64,000 bases of DNA from Thermoproteota archaeon (GCA_038850115.1 JAWCMB010000001.1:8536-72535), one strand, 5' to 3'; positions 29,074-38,112 are shown, counted from the first letter of the stretch. Translations and numbers: made by a program. Notes: generated by a model not told the origin, from the sequence alone.

Positions 29074-30357
29074 ATGATCTTCAGCCTATTCAACAAGCCT
29101 TTGGCTGAGCAGCCTGCTATAAGCTTTAAAAAGACTCTTCAAACAAGCTTACTGAGTGTTAAAAACCGTATGCTGGACCCCTACAGGATAAGGGAGGATT
29201 TTCCGAGTATTGCGGGAGAGTATATTTTTATGAATAATGCTGACTCGCCTGGAATACCGGTCCCAGTTCTGGAAAAAATACTGGTGTATTACAACGAGGT
29301 GAAGAGCAGACCGGGACTAGAAAACACTTCTTCCCACAGGGCTCTCGAACTCTATGAGGAGGCCCGTGAAACAGTTTTCAAACACTTCGGGGTTGGCGAG
29401 AGCAGCATGGTCTTAACGGCCAGTAATCTTCAGAGCCTCACTGCGGTTCTTCAAAGCATAGATTTCAGGAAGAACGATGTTTTTCTAGTCTTCTCCAATG
29501 TTCAGGGAAGGCTCATGAGCCTTCTGAAAGAGTACGTCGAAACGGTTAAGGGAAGAATGGAGGTTTTTGAGGCTGAGGAAGAGGAGGTTGAGGAGAGGCT
29601 TAAGGTGGCGGGCAACAAAAGTGTTAAAGCAGCCTTGATGAGCCATGTTTCAGGAGCCACTGGGGCGATGCTCCAGATTGAAAAAATTATTCCTGTTTTA
29701 AAGGAGAGAAACATATTGACGATTCTAGACGCATCTTACTCTGCTCAAAGAATTAGGCTTAACTTTCCGAGGCTTGGAGTAGACTATGCTTTTTTCAAGT
29801 CTGGAAACATGTTCAGCATAGAGGGGCTGAGCATGCTGTATGTTTCTGAGGAGAGGCTCAGCAGGGTTGAGAAGACCCCCAGCTACTTCATCGTGAAACA
29901 AGCTGAGAAGGAGAATTGCGTAAGCGTCGTAGCCCTGGCTGCCGCATTAGAGTATCTTAACAGGATAGGTTTCGAAGACGTTTTAAACCATGAGAAAAAC
30001 CTTTCTGAGGAAATCGCGGGCATCGCGGCTGGGGAGGGAGTTACCATCCACCAGGCGACTTCAAGGGAGCTTAGGACTGGAATACTTGCACTAGTCCTCG
30101 ACCAAGTTCCATCAAGTCTTCTTCAAACTATTCTAGAGGACCAGTTCCACATACTTGCCGAATCCGGAAGCTTCGACAGCCAGACGATCCTCCAGAAGAC
30201 AGGTGGGAGAGAGATTCTAAGAGTATCCCCGACGATTTTCAACACTTTAGAGGAAGCTAGGATAGTCGGGGGAAAGATAGCTGAAATCAGGGAAACCTAT
30301 GGGAAGACTACGGAGGAGAAACAGTCTGTTGAAGTAGGGGAGAAGCCCGGCGGCTAG
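29074..30357 (+). CDS. Class-V aminotransferase-fold (NifS/IscS/SufS-like) protein, divergent: canonical SGHK PLP-lysine motif not found
   Basis: N-terminal IREDFPSI...YIFMNNADSPGIPVPVLEKIL matches the cysteine-desulfurase start (R.DFP...YLD.AAT). The position of the expected SGHK motif reads KSGNMFSIEGLSMLYV. Confidence 0.5.
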   Translation: MIFSLFNKPLAEQPAISFKKTLQTSLLSVKNRMLDPYRIREDFPSIAGEYIFMNNADSPGIPVPVLEKILVYYNEVKSRPGLENTSSHRALELYEEARETVFKHFGVGESSMVLTASNLQSLTAVLQSIDFRKNDVFLVFSNVQGRLMSLLKEYVETVKGRMEVFEAEEEEVEERLKVAGNKSVKAALMSHVSGATGAMLQIEKIIPVLKERNILTILDASYSAQRIRLNFPRLGVDYAFFKSGNMFSIEGLSMLYVSEERLSRVEKTPSYFIVKQAEKENCVSVVALAAALEYLNRIGFEDVLNHEKNLSEEIAGIAAGEGVTIHQATSRELRTGILALVLDQVPSSLLQTILEDQFHILAESGSFDSQTILQKTGGREILRVSPTIFNTLEEARIVGGKIAEIRETYGKTTEEKQSVEVGEKPGG

Positions 30358-30398
30358 AGGGAAAAGACTATTTAACCAGTGTCCGAGTATGATAAGCA

Positions 30399-30983
30399 AT
30401 GGCCGCGTACGGTTTCGCAGAATTTAAGAGAGCAATGCCAGGCTACGACTGTGGGCTCTGCGGCAACGCCACGTGCGCAACGTTCGCGCGCAGGCTCCTA
30501 CTCGGGGTCAACAGCTTCACAGACTGCCCGATACTCCAGCGTGAAGGGTACTCTGAAAACAAGGGCAGAATGGAAGAGATGCTTAAGAAGGGGGTAGTAC
30601 ACTCCTCACCCTCGATAATCACAGTGCCGGGTTTCAAGACGAGGTATGCTCACCCGAACTACTTCGAGGAGCGACTTGAAAAACTTCCTACACGGTTCCT
30701 AGACTACGATACTGCCCGATACCTCATCAGCCTGCTGTGGAAACCAGGAAAGATTAACGGGGACGGTGTTGAGGTTATCGACACCTTCTTCGGAAACATG
30801 AGGTTCCTGGTTACAACAGGCGGAAGAATAGCTGTTAACATAGGAGAGCATAGGACCGAGGACAGGGAGCTGGTATCCATACTCTACAAGGTTCTCTGGG
30901 GCTCAGTAGACTTGCTCCGCAAGGCTGATTATGCCCCAGGAACGGGTGTACTCTCCTGGAGTACGTGGGAGGATGCTGCCTAG
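30399..30983 (+). CDS. Fe-S protein with N-terminal RnfB/CdhE-type 4Fe-4S domain (PF04060-like) and an uncharacterised C-terminal domain
   Basis: DCGLCGNATCATFARRLLLGVNSFTDCP matches the C-x-x-C-G-x-x-x-C-x-x-x-A...C-P pattern of the RnfB N-terminal Fe-S domain. Confidence 0.55.
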   Translation: MAAYGFAEFKRAMPGYDCGLCGNATCATFARRLLLGVNSFTDCPILQREGYSENKGRMEEMLKKGVVHSSPSIITVPGFKTRYAHPNYFEERLEKLPTRFLDYDTARYLISLLWKPGKINGDGVEVIDTFFGNMRFLVTTGGRIAVNIGEHRTEDRELVSILYKVLWGSVDLLRKADYAPGTGVLSWSTWEDAA

Positions 30984-31621
30984 ACTACAGGCCTCCGGCG
31001 GGCCCATATCTAACTAAAGCGCCGATCCTGCAGAGAGGGCCTTCGAGAAAAGTGGATGATAAGCCAGACCTGATTCTACCTTCGCTCTCAAAGATCTTTG
31101 AAGAAACTTCAGGAGAAGGCTATGCAGATTACTTCAGGCAGATTAACGAAATACTTATGGGTATAGGGATGGTTAAAGATGGGCTTGGGAGCAGTCAGAC
31201 GAGCAACATAGCTCTACTGGTCGCTAAGAATAATCAGCTCATGGGGGAGCTCGTCAAAAACATTGCTTCAGTAAGCGTTGAAGAAGCCTCTAGGCTGGTT
31301 GCACTTGCAGGAATGTGCCTAAACCTAAAGCGTGCCATTGAGGCCCTAGACGCTTTATCGTTCCTATTCGAAGGCAGGGAGGAGCCTATCGAATCCCAGA
31401 GGAAGAACGTGAACGAGGCTGTTGAAATACTTGTGAAAGCTTTCGGCTCCCTCAGCCCGAGGAGGGAGAAGGAGCTTGACGATGTGCTCTCAAGGTTCAG
31501 GTTTCTAAAAATAACCCTAGGCGGGGTTGAGAGAATAGGAAATAAGACTATCTCCATACTTGTCTACAAGGTGGCTTACAACGGCTACTGCGCAGCGAGG
31601 GTTGCAAGAGGCCTCGTATAG
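30965..31621 (+). CDS. Hypothetical protein (218 aa, predicted helical)
   Basis: ORF with a 19-nt overlap to the upstream Fe-S gene; no recognisable motif. Confidence 0.35.
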   Translation: MGGCCLDYRPPAGPYLTKAPILQRGPSRKVDDKPDLILPSLSKIFEETSGEGYADYFRQINEILMGIGMVKDGLGSSQTSNIALLVAKNNQLMGELVKNIASVSVEEASRLVALAGMCLNLKRAIEALDALSFLFEGREEPIESQRKNVNEAVEILVKAFGSLSPRREKELDDVLSRFRFLKITLGGVERIGNKTISILVYKVAYNGYCAARVARGLV

Positions 31622-31979
31622 TCCTAAGAAAGCCTTATTCTTCGGAGAAAACTGAAAGAATCTTCAACTAAGCAGCTGAAACCATACACTTGAACTATCA
31701 GAATGTGTAGATTACTCTGAGAAAAAGCTTACTCGCAGCATTCCAACTCTAGATTAACGCGATTAATAAGTCTACAATACATCTGTCAATAGTCTTCGAC
31801 CCTTCGCTCCCAGCGTTCTTTAGAGCTATCGGCGGGCTGATCTCGTAGTACCAGTTAACCAGCCTTCCACCTACGTTACGCAGCGTCAAATCATCCCTGA
31901 AATTTTTCAAAAGCTTTAAGCCGGCAGCAGAACTAGTACCTTATACTGCCGTGAAGATGAAGCATAGACCCGGTTTCTT

Positions 31980-33293
31980 CTATTTGGCTTCAACAGGCGT
32001 GTCTGGAGGCAAATCTCTCACCGTAGTTTCAACTAAGCTCTCACTATATCCATCCTTATTTGCTTTATACCTTATTGTTAACAGTTTTGGCGATCCCTTT
32101 CCGCAGAGGCATTTGAAAACTCCTACAACGTAGCGTGTATGTGGATTATAGAAGATGCCGCCATCGATTTTACATAGACATTTGTAAGAAGTATATTTAC
32201 TTGGCAATAATGTGGTAGCCTGCTTGACTTCAACATATTGAATACGCTGTCCAGCCAAGTATTCCTCCAGACCCTTAATGCCACCAGCAGCTCCTACAGT
32301 AGTGTCAGCAAGGTCAGATAACCAGCCTGGAAAGATCACCCCAAAAAGCTCTGAGAGAAGCGCCTCAGGAACATACTCCCAGAGGTCTCCAACCTTCGCT
32401 AGACCGAGTAGATGTATTATCGCTTTCTTAGCCACGGTTCCCAGCGTCGTCGTGGGAGTTACCGCGACGGATATGGGAGTAATCATTACAGTGAAACCCA
32501 GTTCTCTCAAAATCGCTAACCATTCTTCTGCAAGAATATCTTGGAGAGCCTTCCAACAGGCATCAGGACAACCTGTGTAGCTTGGCTCCAATAAGCTTTC
32601 CCACGCTAGTTTCTTAGACTCATGCTCCATACCAAGCTTGAGCTGCCTACCGTTGAGGTACTGTGGCTTTGGATAGACTAGAGGCGGAATAGGTATCTGG
32701 GGCGGGGGAAGCTCAGGTGGAGGTGGTGCCTCTGGTAGTTTCTCCAGGGGCTTTGGCGGTGGAACCGACTGCTCCAGCTTTCTCGGGACTTCAGGCGGTG
32801 GAGATGGTGGAGGCGGAGGCTTCTTTCTACATCTCTCCAGCTTCCCCCTCAACCTCTGAGCCTTCTTCCCGGCCTCTTCAACCTCCCTTCCCAATTTTTC
32901 TAATTCCTTTTTAGCCCTATCCTCCTGCTGTTCAGCCTGCTTAAGCTCTTCCATCGCATTTCTTTCCTCTTCCCTCGCATCCTTCATGTTTTCCTCAGCC
33001 CGTTGAATCTCCTCCTCCCTCAGCCTCCTCTCGTGCTCCCTAAGCTTCTCCAAGGCATCTGGTTCTCCAAGCTTATCCCACTCCTTCACGCATTCCTCTG
33101 CAGTTATCTCGCCCTTTTTGTATCTCTCCCACGCCCTCTGAGCTTCATCGTTCTTAAGCCTGAGGTCGATGTCCGTGATTCTCCTCTTCTTCCCCTCCTC
33201 AATTGCCTCAATCCACGATTTTGGTTCCTCCTGTTTTCTCGCCTCCTCCAGCATCCTGCTAGCTTCCTTAAGCCTCTTGGAAGCATTCTCCAA
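31980..33293 (-). CDS. Coiled-coil (Glu/Lys/Arg-rich) plus poly-proline linker plus unknown C-terminal domain. Very likely the C-terminal continuation of the upstream 854-aa ORF after a 1-nt frameshift; the annotated start is a TTG.
   Basis: This frame stays open upstream to a TAG at 33342-33344, exactly where the upstream ORF changes reading frame. Charged heptad-like sequence; PPPPPSPPPEVP...PPPPELPPPQIPIPP linker. Confidence 0.5.
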   Translation of the reverse strand: MENASKRLKEASRMLEEARKQEEPKSWIEAIEEGKKRRITDIDLRLKNDEAQRAWERYKKGEITAEECVKEWDKLGEPDALEKLREHERRLREEEIQRAEENMKDAREEERNAMEELKQAEQQEDRAKKELEKLGREVEEAGKKAQRLRGKLERCRKKPPPPPSPPPEVPRKLEQSVPPPKPLEKLPEAPPPPELPPPQIPIPPLVYPKPQYLNGRQLKLGMEHESKKLAWESLLEPSYTGCPDACWKALQDILAEEWLAILRELGFTVMITPISVAVTPTTTLGTVAKKAIIHLLGLAKVGDLWEYVPEALLSELFGVIFPGWLSDLADTTVGAAGGIKGLEEYLAGQRIQYVEVKQATTLLPSKYTSYKCLCKIDGGIFYNPHTRYVVGVFKCLCGKGSPKLLTIRYKANKDGYSESLVETTVRDLPPDTPVEAK

Positions 33294-35668
33294 CCTTGAT
33301 TTCGCCTCCTCCCTTCTACGCTTGGCTTCGGCGAGTCTTTTCTAGCCTCAGAAAGCTCCTTAGTCTTCTCCTCAGCCTCTTTCTCAGCTTTCTTCAAGCT
33401 AGCCCTTGTAATGAAGCACATCCAGTATAGTACCAAGTAGGTTAAGGCAGCTAAGGATAAAACAGCCGATACACCTACCAGAATGAAAGGAATTGGTATG
33501 GGAAAGGCTTCAGTGATGGGGATAGAAACCTCCTCGACGGTCCCAGCTGAGGCATCAACCAAAACCTCTACTTCCTGCCCCTGGTAGGAAAACTTGATTG
33601 CATGTTCCCCCTGGGGGAGCGATGGTATGATCAGGGTTCCATTGCTACTGGTTTCAGCAGCCATAGTCTGGGTTGTGCCGTCTGGAAATGTTATCTCCAA
33701 GTGCACCACAGCATTAGAGACAGGGTTACCCGCAGCATCCTTCAAAACAAGCTTGGCGTCATAAACCTCGGTTGTCACATCTATCTCCAATGGTTCAGAA
33801 ACATCATAACTGGCACCGAGAATAGGATGCACGTCAACACCCTTATACCATACTTCCTCTATCCTCCACTCTCCCTCATCAACCCAAGCCTCGTAAGACG
33901 TCAGGTTGAGAACCCCGCTTGGCCCTGAGAGCCTAACCAAGCTGGGGGAAATACTTCTTCCAGCCTTGTCCCGGAAAGAGAGTGAGAAAATATGCTGGGG
34001 TCTCCAGGTGGCTACTAGAGAAACAGGCCAGTTTACCGTTAGGGAAACGGTGGGCTCGCTGGTTACCAAGTCGCCGACCCAGCCGTTGAAAACCACCCTA
34101 GAGCCTGTTGAGATGGTTACTATCGTTGGGGCAGAGATGGCGAAGACGCTTCCTTCTCTAAGCCAAGTTGACTGGGCAATTTCGCCGTAGTCTGAAGCCA
34201 CATTAATCAAATATTCAGTATCAAACTCCATAGTTAAAGTAGTATCCCGGTCGATACTTATCACCCTGGGGTTAGAGCGGCTACCGTCTGACCAGCGGGA
34301 GAAGACTTTCCTAGTGTCATTGAGGATGCTGACTTGAGGCTCCACCTCAACACTAATGTCCCCAGCCTTCACATGTCTTCTAACCTCCCCCGCCGGATCA
34401 GCCGTATAATTGACTCCAGCAATCTTGACCCAGGTGCGGGGCAGAGCCTTCACCGTCAGCCTGCAAATTGAAACAGGAGTCACATATGTTTCCTCGTTTG
34501 GAGCCTTGTCGCCGACGGAATCCACCTCGGTGACGACTTTCCAACGCAAAGCTTGGCTTAAACCAAGCTCGGCCCTCGGAACCCAGAGAACCAAAGCATC
34601 CCTTTCCTCTGAGATCTGGAATCCAGCTATAGTATCAACTTCAGCCCAGAAACCCTTGTAACTCGACTTCTCAATCTTCCAAGATCCCCCTTCTAGGCTG
34701 TAAAGCACCGAATATATCGTGTCAACACCATCGAACGGCATATCAGGACAGTTATTCACCATATCCCCATCCTTGTCAACACCTATCGTGAAGCTTGTGA
34801 AAGATTCCGGCCTCTCAGGAACCTGGCCGACGAGTTTCAAGGTAAACTTAAACCATTGAGGATAAACCGATATAATAGTCCTAGCTATGTCAAAGTGAGG
34901 AATGTATGATTCTAGCGGAGCCGTTTGACCCGTATAGATTGATACGAGGTCATTTATAGCATCTTCCTGCCCCTCCTCTATTGTTGGCTTGAATTCCAGC
35001 ACTATGGATTGTTGTCCACCTATGCTTGAAACATAGCGGATGCCATCCGCGTCAGTCTCCCAGATTTCACCGTATAGAAGAACGCAGCCCGGTATCGGGT
35101 ATTCGCAACGCCGGGTAACAGAGGGGTGGGTGATAGCCTCCTCAGCAACTCTGATGGTGTATTCTATGTCTACTGAGCCGATTGAGCCTCCTTCCAAGCT
35201 GGTGAAATTCCATAGGACGAGCGTTACCGGCGGGTTATCGGGCGACCCTATCGGTGCAGCATAGAGGAGAGACGGTTCCGGATTGCTGCTTAGAAACGTG
35301 ACCCCGCTTGGAAGACCCTCAAGCACTATTAAACTCGTAGTCCAGTTGCTTGAATAATGTATGCTGACTTCAAAACAGTCCGGTGGAGTCCATTCCCACG
35401 GGCGACCTGGTGGTAATTTCGGCCAAGGGGGAAGTTCTTCAATCCTCCTCTCTCTGACTGAGGGAAGAGGTTTGGCTGAGGGTTTACCAATCAGTTTGTT
35501 CCACTCTTCGCCACTTAATTCGTTCTTTAACTTCATTAAGAAATCATAAGTGTGTTTTCCTGCAGCAGATACCGCATCATTATATGCATTTCTACCGAGG
35601 GGACATTTTTGAGTATCTTTATTCTTTTCATCATGATGGTATTTCTCAGGATCGTCTCTTACCTTCAT
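33104..35668 (-). CDS. Large surface/adhesin-like protein (854 aa) with FxxWxG-type (InlB B-repeat-like) repeats, a carboxypeptidase-regulatory-like beta-sandwich segment, a C-terminal TM helix, and an Arg-rich tail that looks like out-of-frame translation of coiled-coil codons
   Basis: Repeats KVFSRWSDGSRSNPRVISIDRDTTLTMEF and RVVFNGWVGDLVTSEPTVSLTVNW. DAAGNPVSNAVVHLEITFPDGTTQTMAAETSSNGTLIIP. TM FPIPIPFILVGVSAVLSLAALTYLVLYWMCFI. No N-terminal signal peptide. Confidence 0.6.
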   Translation of the reverse strand: MKVRDDPEKYHHDEKNKDTQKCPLGRNAYNDAVSAAGKHTYDFLMKLKNELSGEEWNKLIGKPSAKPLPSVRERRIEELPPWPKLPPGRPWEWTPPDCFEVSIHYSSNWTTSLIVLEGLPSGVTFLSSNPEPSLLYAAPIGSPDNPPVTLVLWNFTSLEGGSIGSVDIEYTIRVAEEAITHPSVTRRCEYPIPGCVLLYGEIWETDADGIRYVSSIGGQQSIVLEFKPTIEEGQEDAINDLVSIYTGQTAPLESYIPHFDIARTIISVYPQWFKFTLKLVGQVPERPESFTSFTIGVDKDGDMVNNCPDMPFDGVDTIYSVLYSLEGGSWKIEKSSYKGFWAEVDTIAGFQISEERDALVLWVPRAELGLSQALRWKVVTEVDSVGDKAPNEETYVTPVSICRLTVKALPRTWVKIAGVNYTADPAGEVRRHVKAGDISVEVEPQVSILNDTRKVFSRWSDGSRSNPRVISIDRDTTLTMEFDTEYLINVASDYGEIAQSTWLREGSVFAISAPTIVTISTGSRVVFNGWVGDLVTSEPTVSLTVNWPVSLVATWRPQHIFSLSFRDKAGRSISPSLVRLSGPSGVLNLTSYEAWVDEGEWRIEEVWYKGVDVHPILGASYDVSEPLEIDVTTEVYDAKLVLKDAAGNPVSNAVVHLEITFPDGTTQTMAAETSSNGTLIIPSLPQGEHAIKFSYQGQEVEVLVDASAGTVEEVSIPITEAFPIPIPFILVGVSAVLSLAALTYLVLYWMCFITRASLKKAEKEAEEKTKELSEARKDSPKPSVEGRRRNQGWRMLPRGLRKLAGCWRRRENRRNQNRGLRQLRRGRRGESRTSTSGLRTMKLRGRGRDTKRAR

Positions 35669-36228
35669 ACCCCATCCGGTATTTTCAGTTTTTCGAGGGC
35701 TTTCGGATTGTAGGATGGATCATCCACTGCCTTCTTAATATCCATTTTCTCTTCATTGGTGAACACCCCTTTGTCGACAAAGTTTGAATGCGAGTAGAAA
35801 TCTTGCAAGGCGTGTAAAGCCTGGCCGAGAGCAACCCGAGCCTTGCAGACATCGCATTTAGTCAAATTGCCTTTAATCCAGCTCCTAGTATTATTTATGA
35901 AGCTCCTTAACCGGTTAAAGGCTTGCAACGAAGTTTCTCCGGACAACCTGTCACCATGATATTCAGGGTGCGTATTCAAGAGTGCATCTAATATATTATC
36001 CTGAGCCAGATTTGCATCCACCACCTCTCCTATGGCGCTACTTGAAAAACCAAATTTTTTCAAAGCCGCATTGGTGATTGTTTCATGTGCTTCAAAACTT
36101 TCAGAACTGAAAGCCGAAGTTTTCGGAACTAGTATTGTTAGCAATAGAAGTAGCAAAACGATAAAAGCTGAAACAGGTCTAGGAATAGTTTTATTTTTAG
36201 CTAGTGCGTATTTATCTTTCCACATTTT
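35665..36228 (-). CDS. Secreted protein with a zinc-dependent phospholipase C / P1-S1 nuclease-like domain (tentative). Start re-set to MWKDKYALAKNK..., which gives a Sec-type signal peptide.
   Basis: Signal peptide RPVSAFIVLLLLLLTILVPKTSA|FS. AHETITNAAL resembles the PLC H14 region (SHLWIVNRAI). LGQALHALQDFYSHSN resembles the LGLSLHYLGDVNQPMHAAN zinc-ligand block (H..D....H.N). ATGA overlap with the downstream 854-aa ORF. The 233-aa track ORF extends to 36366. Confidence 0.4.
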   Translation of the reverse strand, partial: KMWKDKYALAKNKTIPRPVSAFIVLLLLLLTILVPKTSAFSSESFEAHETITNAALKKFGFSSSAIGEVVDANLAQDNILDALLNTHPEYHGDRLSGETSLQAFNRLRSFINNTRSWIKGNLTKCDVCKARVALGQALHALQDFYSHSNFVDKGVFTNEEKMDIKKAVDDPSYNPKALEKLKIPDGV

Positions 36229-36700
36229 TGAACATCCCAAGAACTTAATTGTAATAAACGAGAAAGAAAATGGCCCTTCAATACTTGATTTCGAATACTC
36301 TAGCTTAAAGTGGACTAGAGCCAAGTATTTTTTTAACTGCACATTAACTTTTAAATTTTTGTTCAATGCTTCCCGCTACATAACGCTTTTAGACTTAAAG
36401 CGTTAATTAATGCAACCAACAGGCCTATGATAAGGCCAATACCTCTAGACTTTTCTTCCAGGAACCTGTTTAGGCTATGTCAGTTGTTCCCCAATATCAG
36501 TGAACACCCCTAACGATGCTGCTCAGTATCGAATCATCACTGACTCCTTCAGAAACTAATTGGGTATAACTCGTATAACGCATCATGAATGAAGGCTCAC
36601 GTAATGTGATTACTATGCTGAAACACGGGTTGTAAGCTTGAAATGCGAGCCGGCTTTAAATATTCACCCTCCTTTAGCATGCTTGGAGGTGAAGATAGAG

Positions 36701-36816
36701 ATGGCTTGGAAGAAAAGGAATGGGGAGAAGAAGGTTGACTGGGAGGAGGTTGTGAAAGACCTTCGCGCAGACCTTCCTACCAGAGAGTACCGTCACGTGA
36801 GAGTTTGCTTCAAGTA
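36701..36816 (+). CDS. Small ORF (38 aa, MAWKKRNGEKKVDWEEVVKDLRADLPTREYRHVRVCFK) preceded by a strong Shine-Dalgarno-like GGAGGTGA
   Basis: ATG is 8 nt downstream of GGAGGTGA (36685-36692). Lies in the largest non-coding gap (~530 bp) of the window. Too short for the ORF track. Confidence 0.3.
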
Positions 36817-36897
36817 GACGGTTTCCCCAACTTACTGTCTTTAATTCTGTTTCCGTTTTTCAAGCATTTTTCTAAACAGCCAATAGCGATTAACAGG

Positions 36898-38112
36898 CTA
36901 TTGCTGAGTCTTTAGTGCTTCAACCCCTGGAAGCTTCTCCCCAGATAGGTAGCTTATTAAGGCTCCTCCAGCAGTGCTAACGAAACCAATCTTATCGTAT
37001 ACTCCGGCTTTTTCAAGCGCCGAGATGGAGTGGCCTCCGCCCACGACGCTGAAAGCCTTTGAAGAAGCCGCTGCCCTGTATAGCTCCAGGGTGCCCTTGG
37101 CGAAAGCATCTTCCTCAAAGACGCCGACGGGGCCGTTGAAGACGATCGTGCTGGCCTTCTGCAGCTCTCTCGAGAAAACCCGTATCGTTTCAGAACCTAT
37201 GTCTTTCAACGGGTGTTCAACCGGCAACTGGGAAACCATGTATTCAACCCTCTCGCCATCCGCGTCAACAGCATAATCGTATGGAAGCATAATCTTTTGA
37301 GAATGCTTACCCAAGATTTTAGACGCTGCCTCCCGGAACTTACCTAAGCCCTTCTCCCCTATTAGCTTAGAGTTGATGATTCCAAGCCTGAAGCCGGCGG
37401 CCTCATGGAATACTTGTGCTATCATTCCTCCTATGAGAACCTTGTCAGCAATACCCTTGTCGAGAACATTCTCAATCACTTTAAAAGTCTCCTTCGCCTT
37501 GGCTCCCCCTAAAACATAGAGGCATGGTTTAGAAGGATTGTCAACAACCTTCTCGAGAGCCCCCAACTCCCTCTCCATAATCCTGCCGGCTGCCGAGGGC
37601 AGTACTGCTGTGAACCCTATTACTGAAGCATGAGCCCTATGCGATGCTGAGAAGGCATCGTTAACGAAAAAATCTGCAAACGGGGCTAGTGCCGAAACTA
37701 GCATTCCTCTAGCATGCTCCTCAGCAGTCTTCATCTCAGTCTCCTCGTCCAGCATCCTGACGTTTTCAAGCAGGAGCGCCTCACCTGGCTTCAGCCCCCT
37801 TATAGCGTTAATAGCGTTCAAACCTATAATATCGTTAACGTATTTGAGGTTTGGAACATATTTCAGCATGGCCCTGTAATGCCTTGTGAAATCCGTGAAA
37901 TCAGGGTCGCCCTTCCTACCCTGGTGGCCGAGAATCACTACCTTCGCATTCCTCCTGAGGAGTTCCCTAATGGTTTCAGAATGCTCCCTTATCCTGGAGT
38001 CGTCTATTATATCCAGCGTTTGAGGATCCAGCGGAGAGTTTATGTCAACCCTCAGGATTACGGTTCTCCCATTGAAGTCGAAGTCGTCAAGTGTCCTAAA
38101 CTTTAAAGTCAT
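36898..38112 (-). CDS. pgk: Phosphoglycerate kinase (archaeal type)
   Basis: N-terminal LDDFDFNGRTVILRVDINSPLD; 404 aa; hinge and ATP-binding regions with GGG/GGA motifs (VLGGAKAKE, STAGGALISYL). Confidence 0.9.
   Translation of the reverse strand: MTLKFRTLDDFDFNGRTVILRVDINSPLDPQTLDIIDDSRIREHSETIRELLRRNAKVVILGHQGRKGDPDFTDFTRHYRAMLKYVPNLKYVNDIIGLNAINAIRGLKPGEALLLENVRMLDEETEMKTAEEHARGMLVSALAPFADFFVNDAFSASHRAHASVIGFTAVLPSAAGRIMERELGALEKVVDNPSKPCLYVLGGAKAKETFKVIENVLDKGIADKVLIGGMIAQVFHEAAGFRLGIINSKLIGEKGLGKFREAASKILGKHSQKIMLPYDYAVDADGERVEYMVSQLPVEHPLKDIGSETIRVFSRELQKASTIVFNGPVGVFEEDAFAKGTLELYRAAASSKAFSVVGGGHSISALEKAGVYDKIGFVSTAGGALISYLSGEKLPGVEALKTQQ

Noticed and set aside
33104-33340. Arg-rich C-terminal tail of the 854-aa ORF (GRRRNQGWRM...RGRDTKRAR) as a genuine polybasic cytoplasmic domain
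   Set aside because: Its codons are the coiled-coil gag/aag/agg repeats of the overlapping frame read out of phase, and the other frame is bounded by a stop exactly at the switch point. A frameshift explains both observations better.
36520-36560. tRNA-like TCGAATC string (gtatcgaatcatc)
   Set aside because: Flanking sequence cannot form a T-arm or acceptor stem, and no cloverleaf could be drawn.
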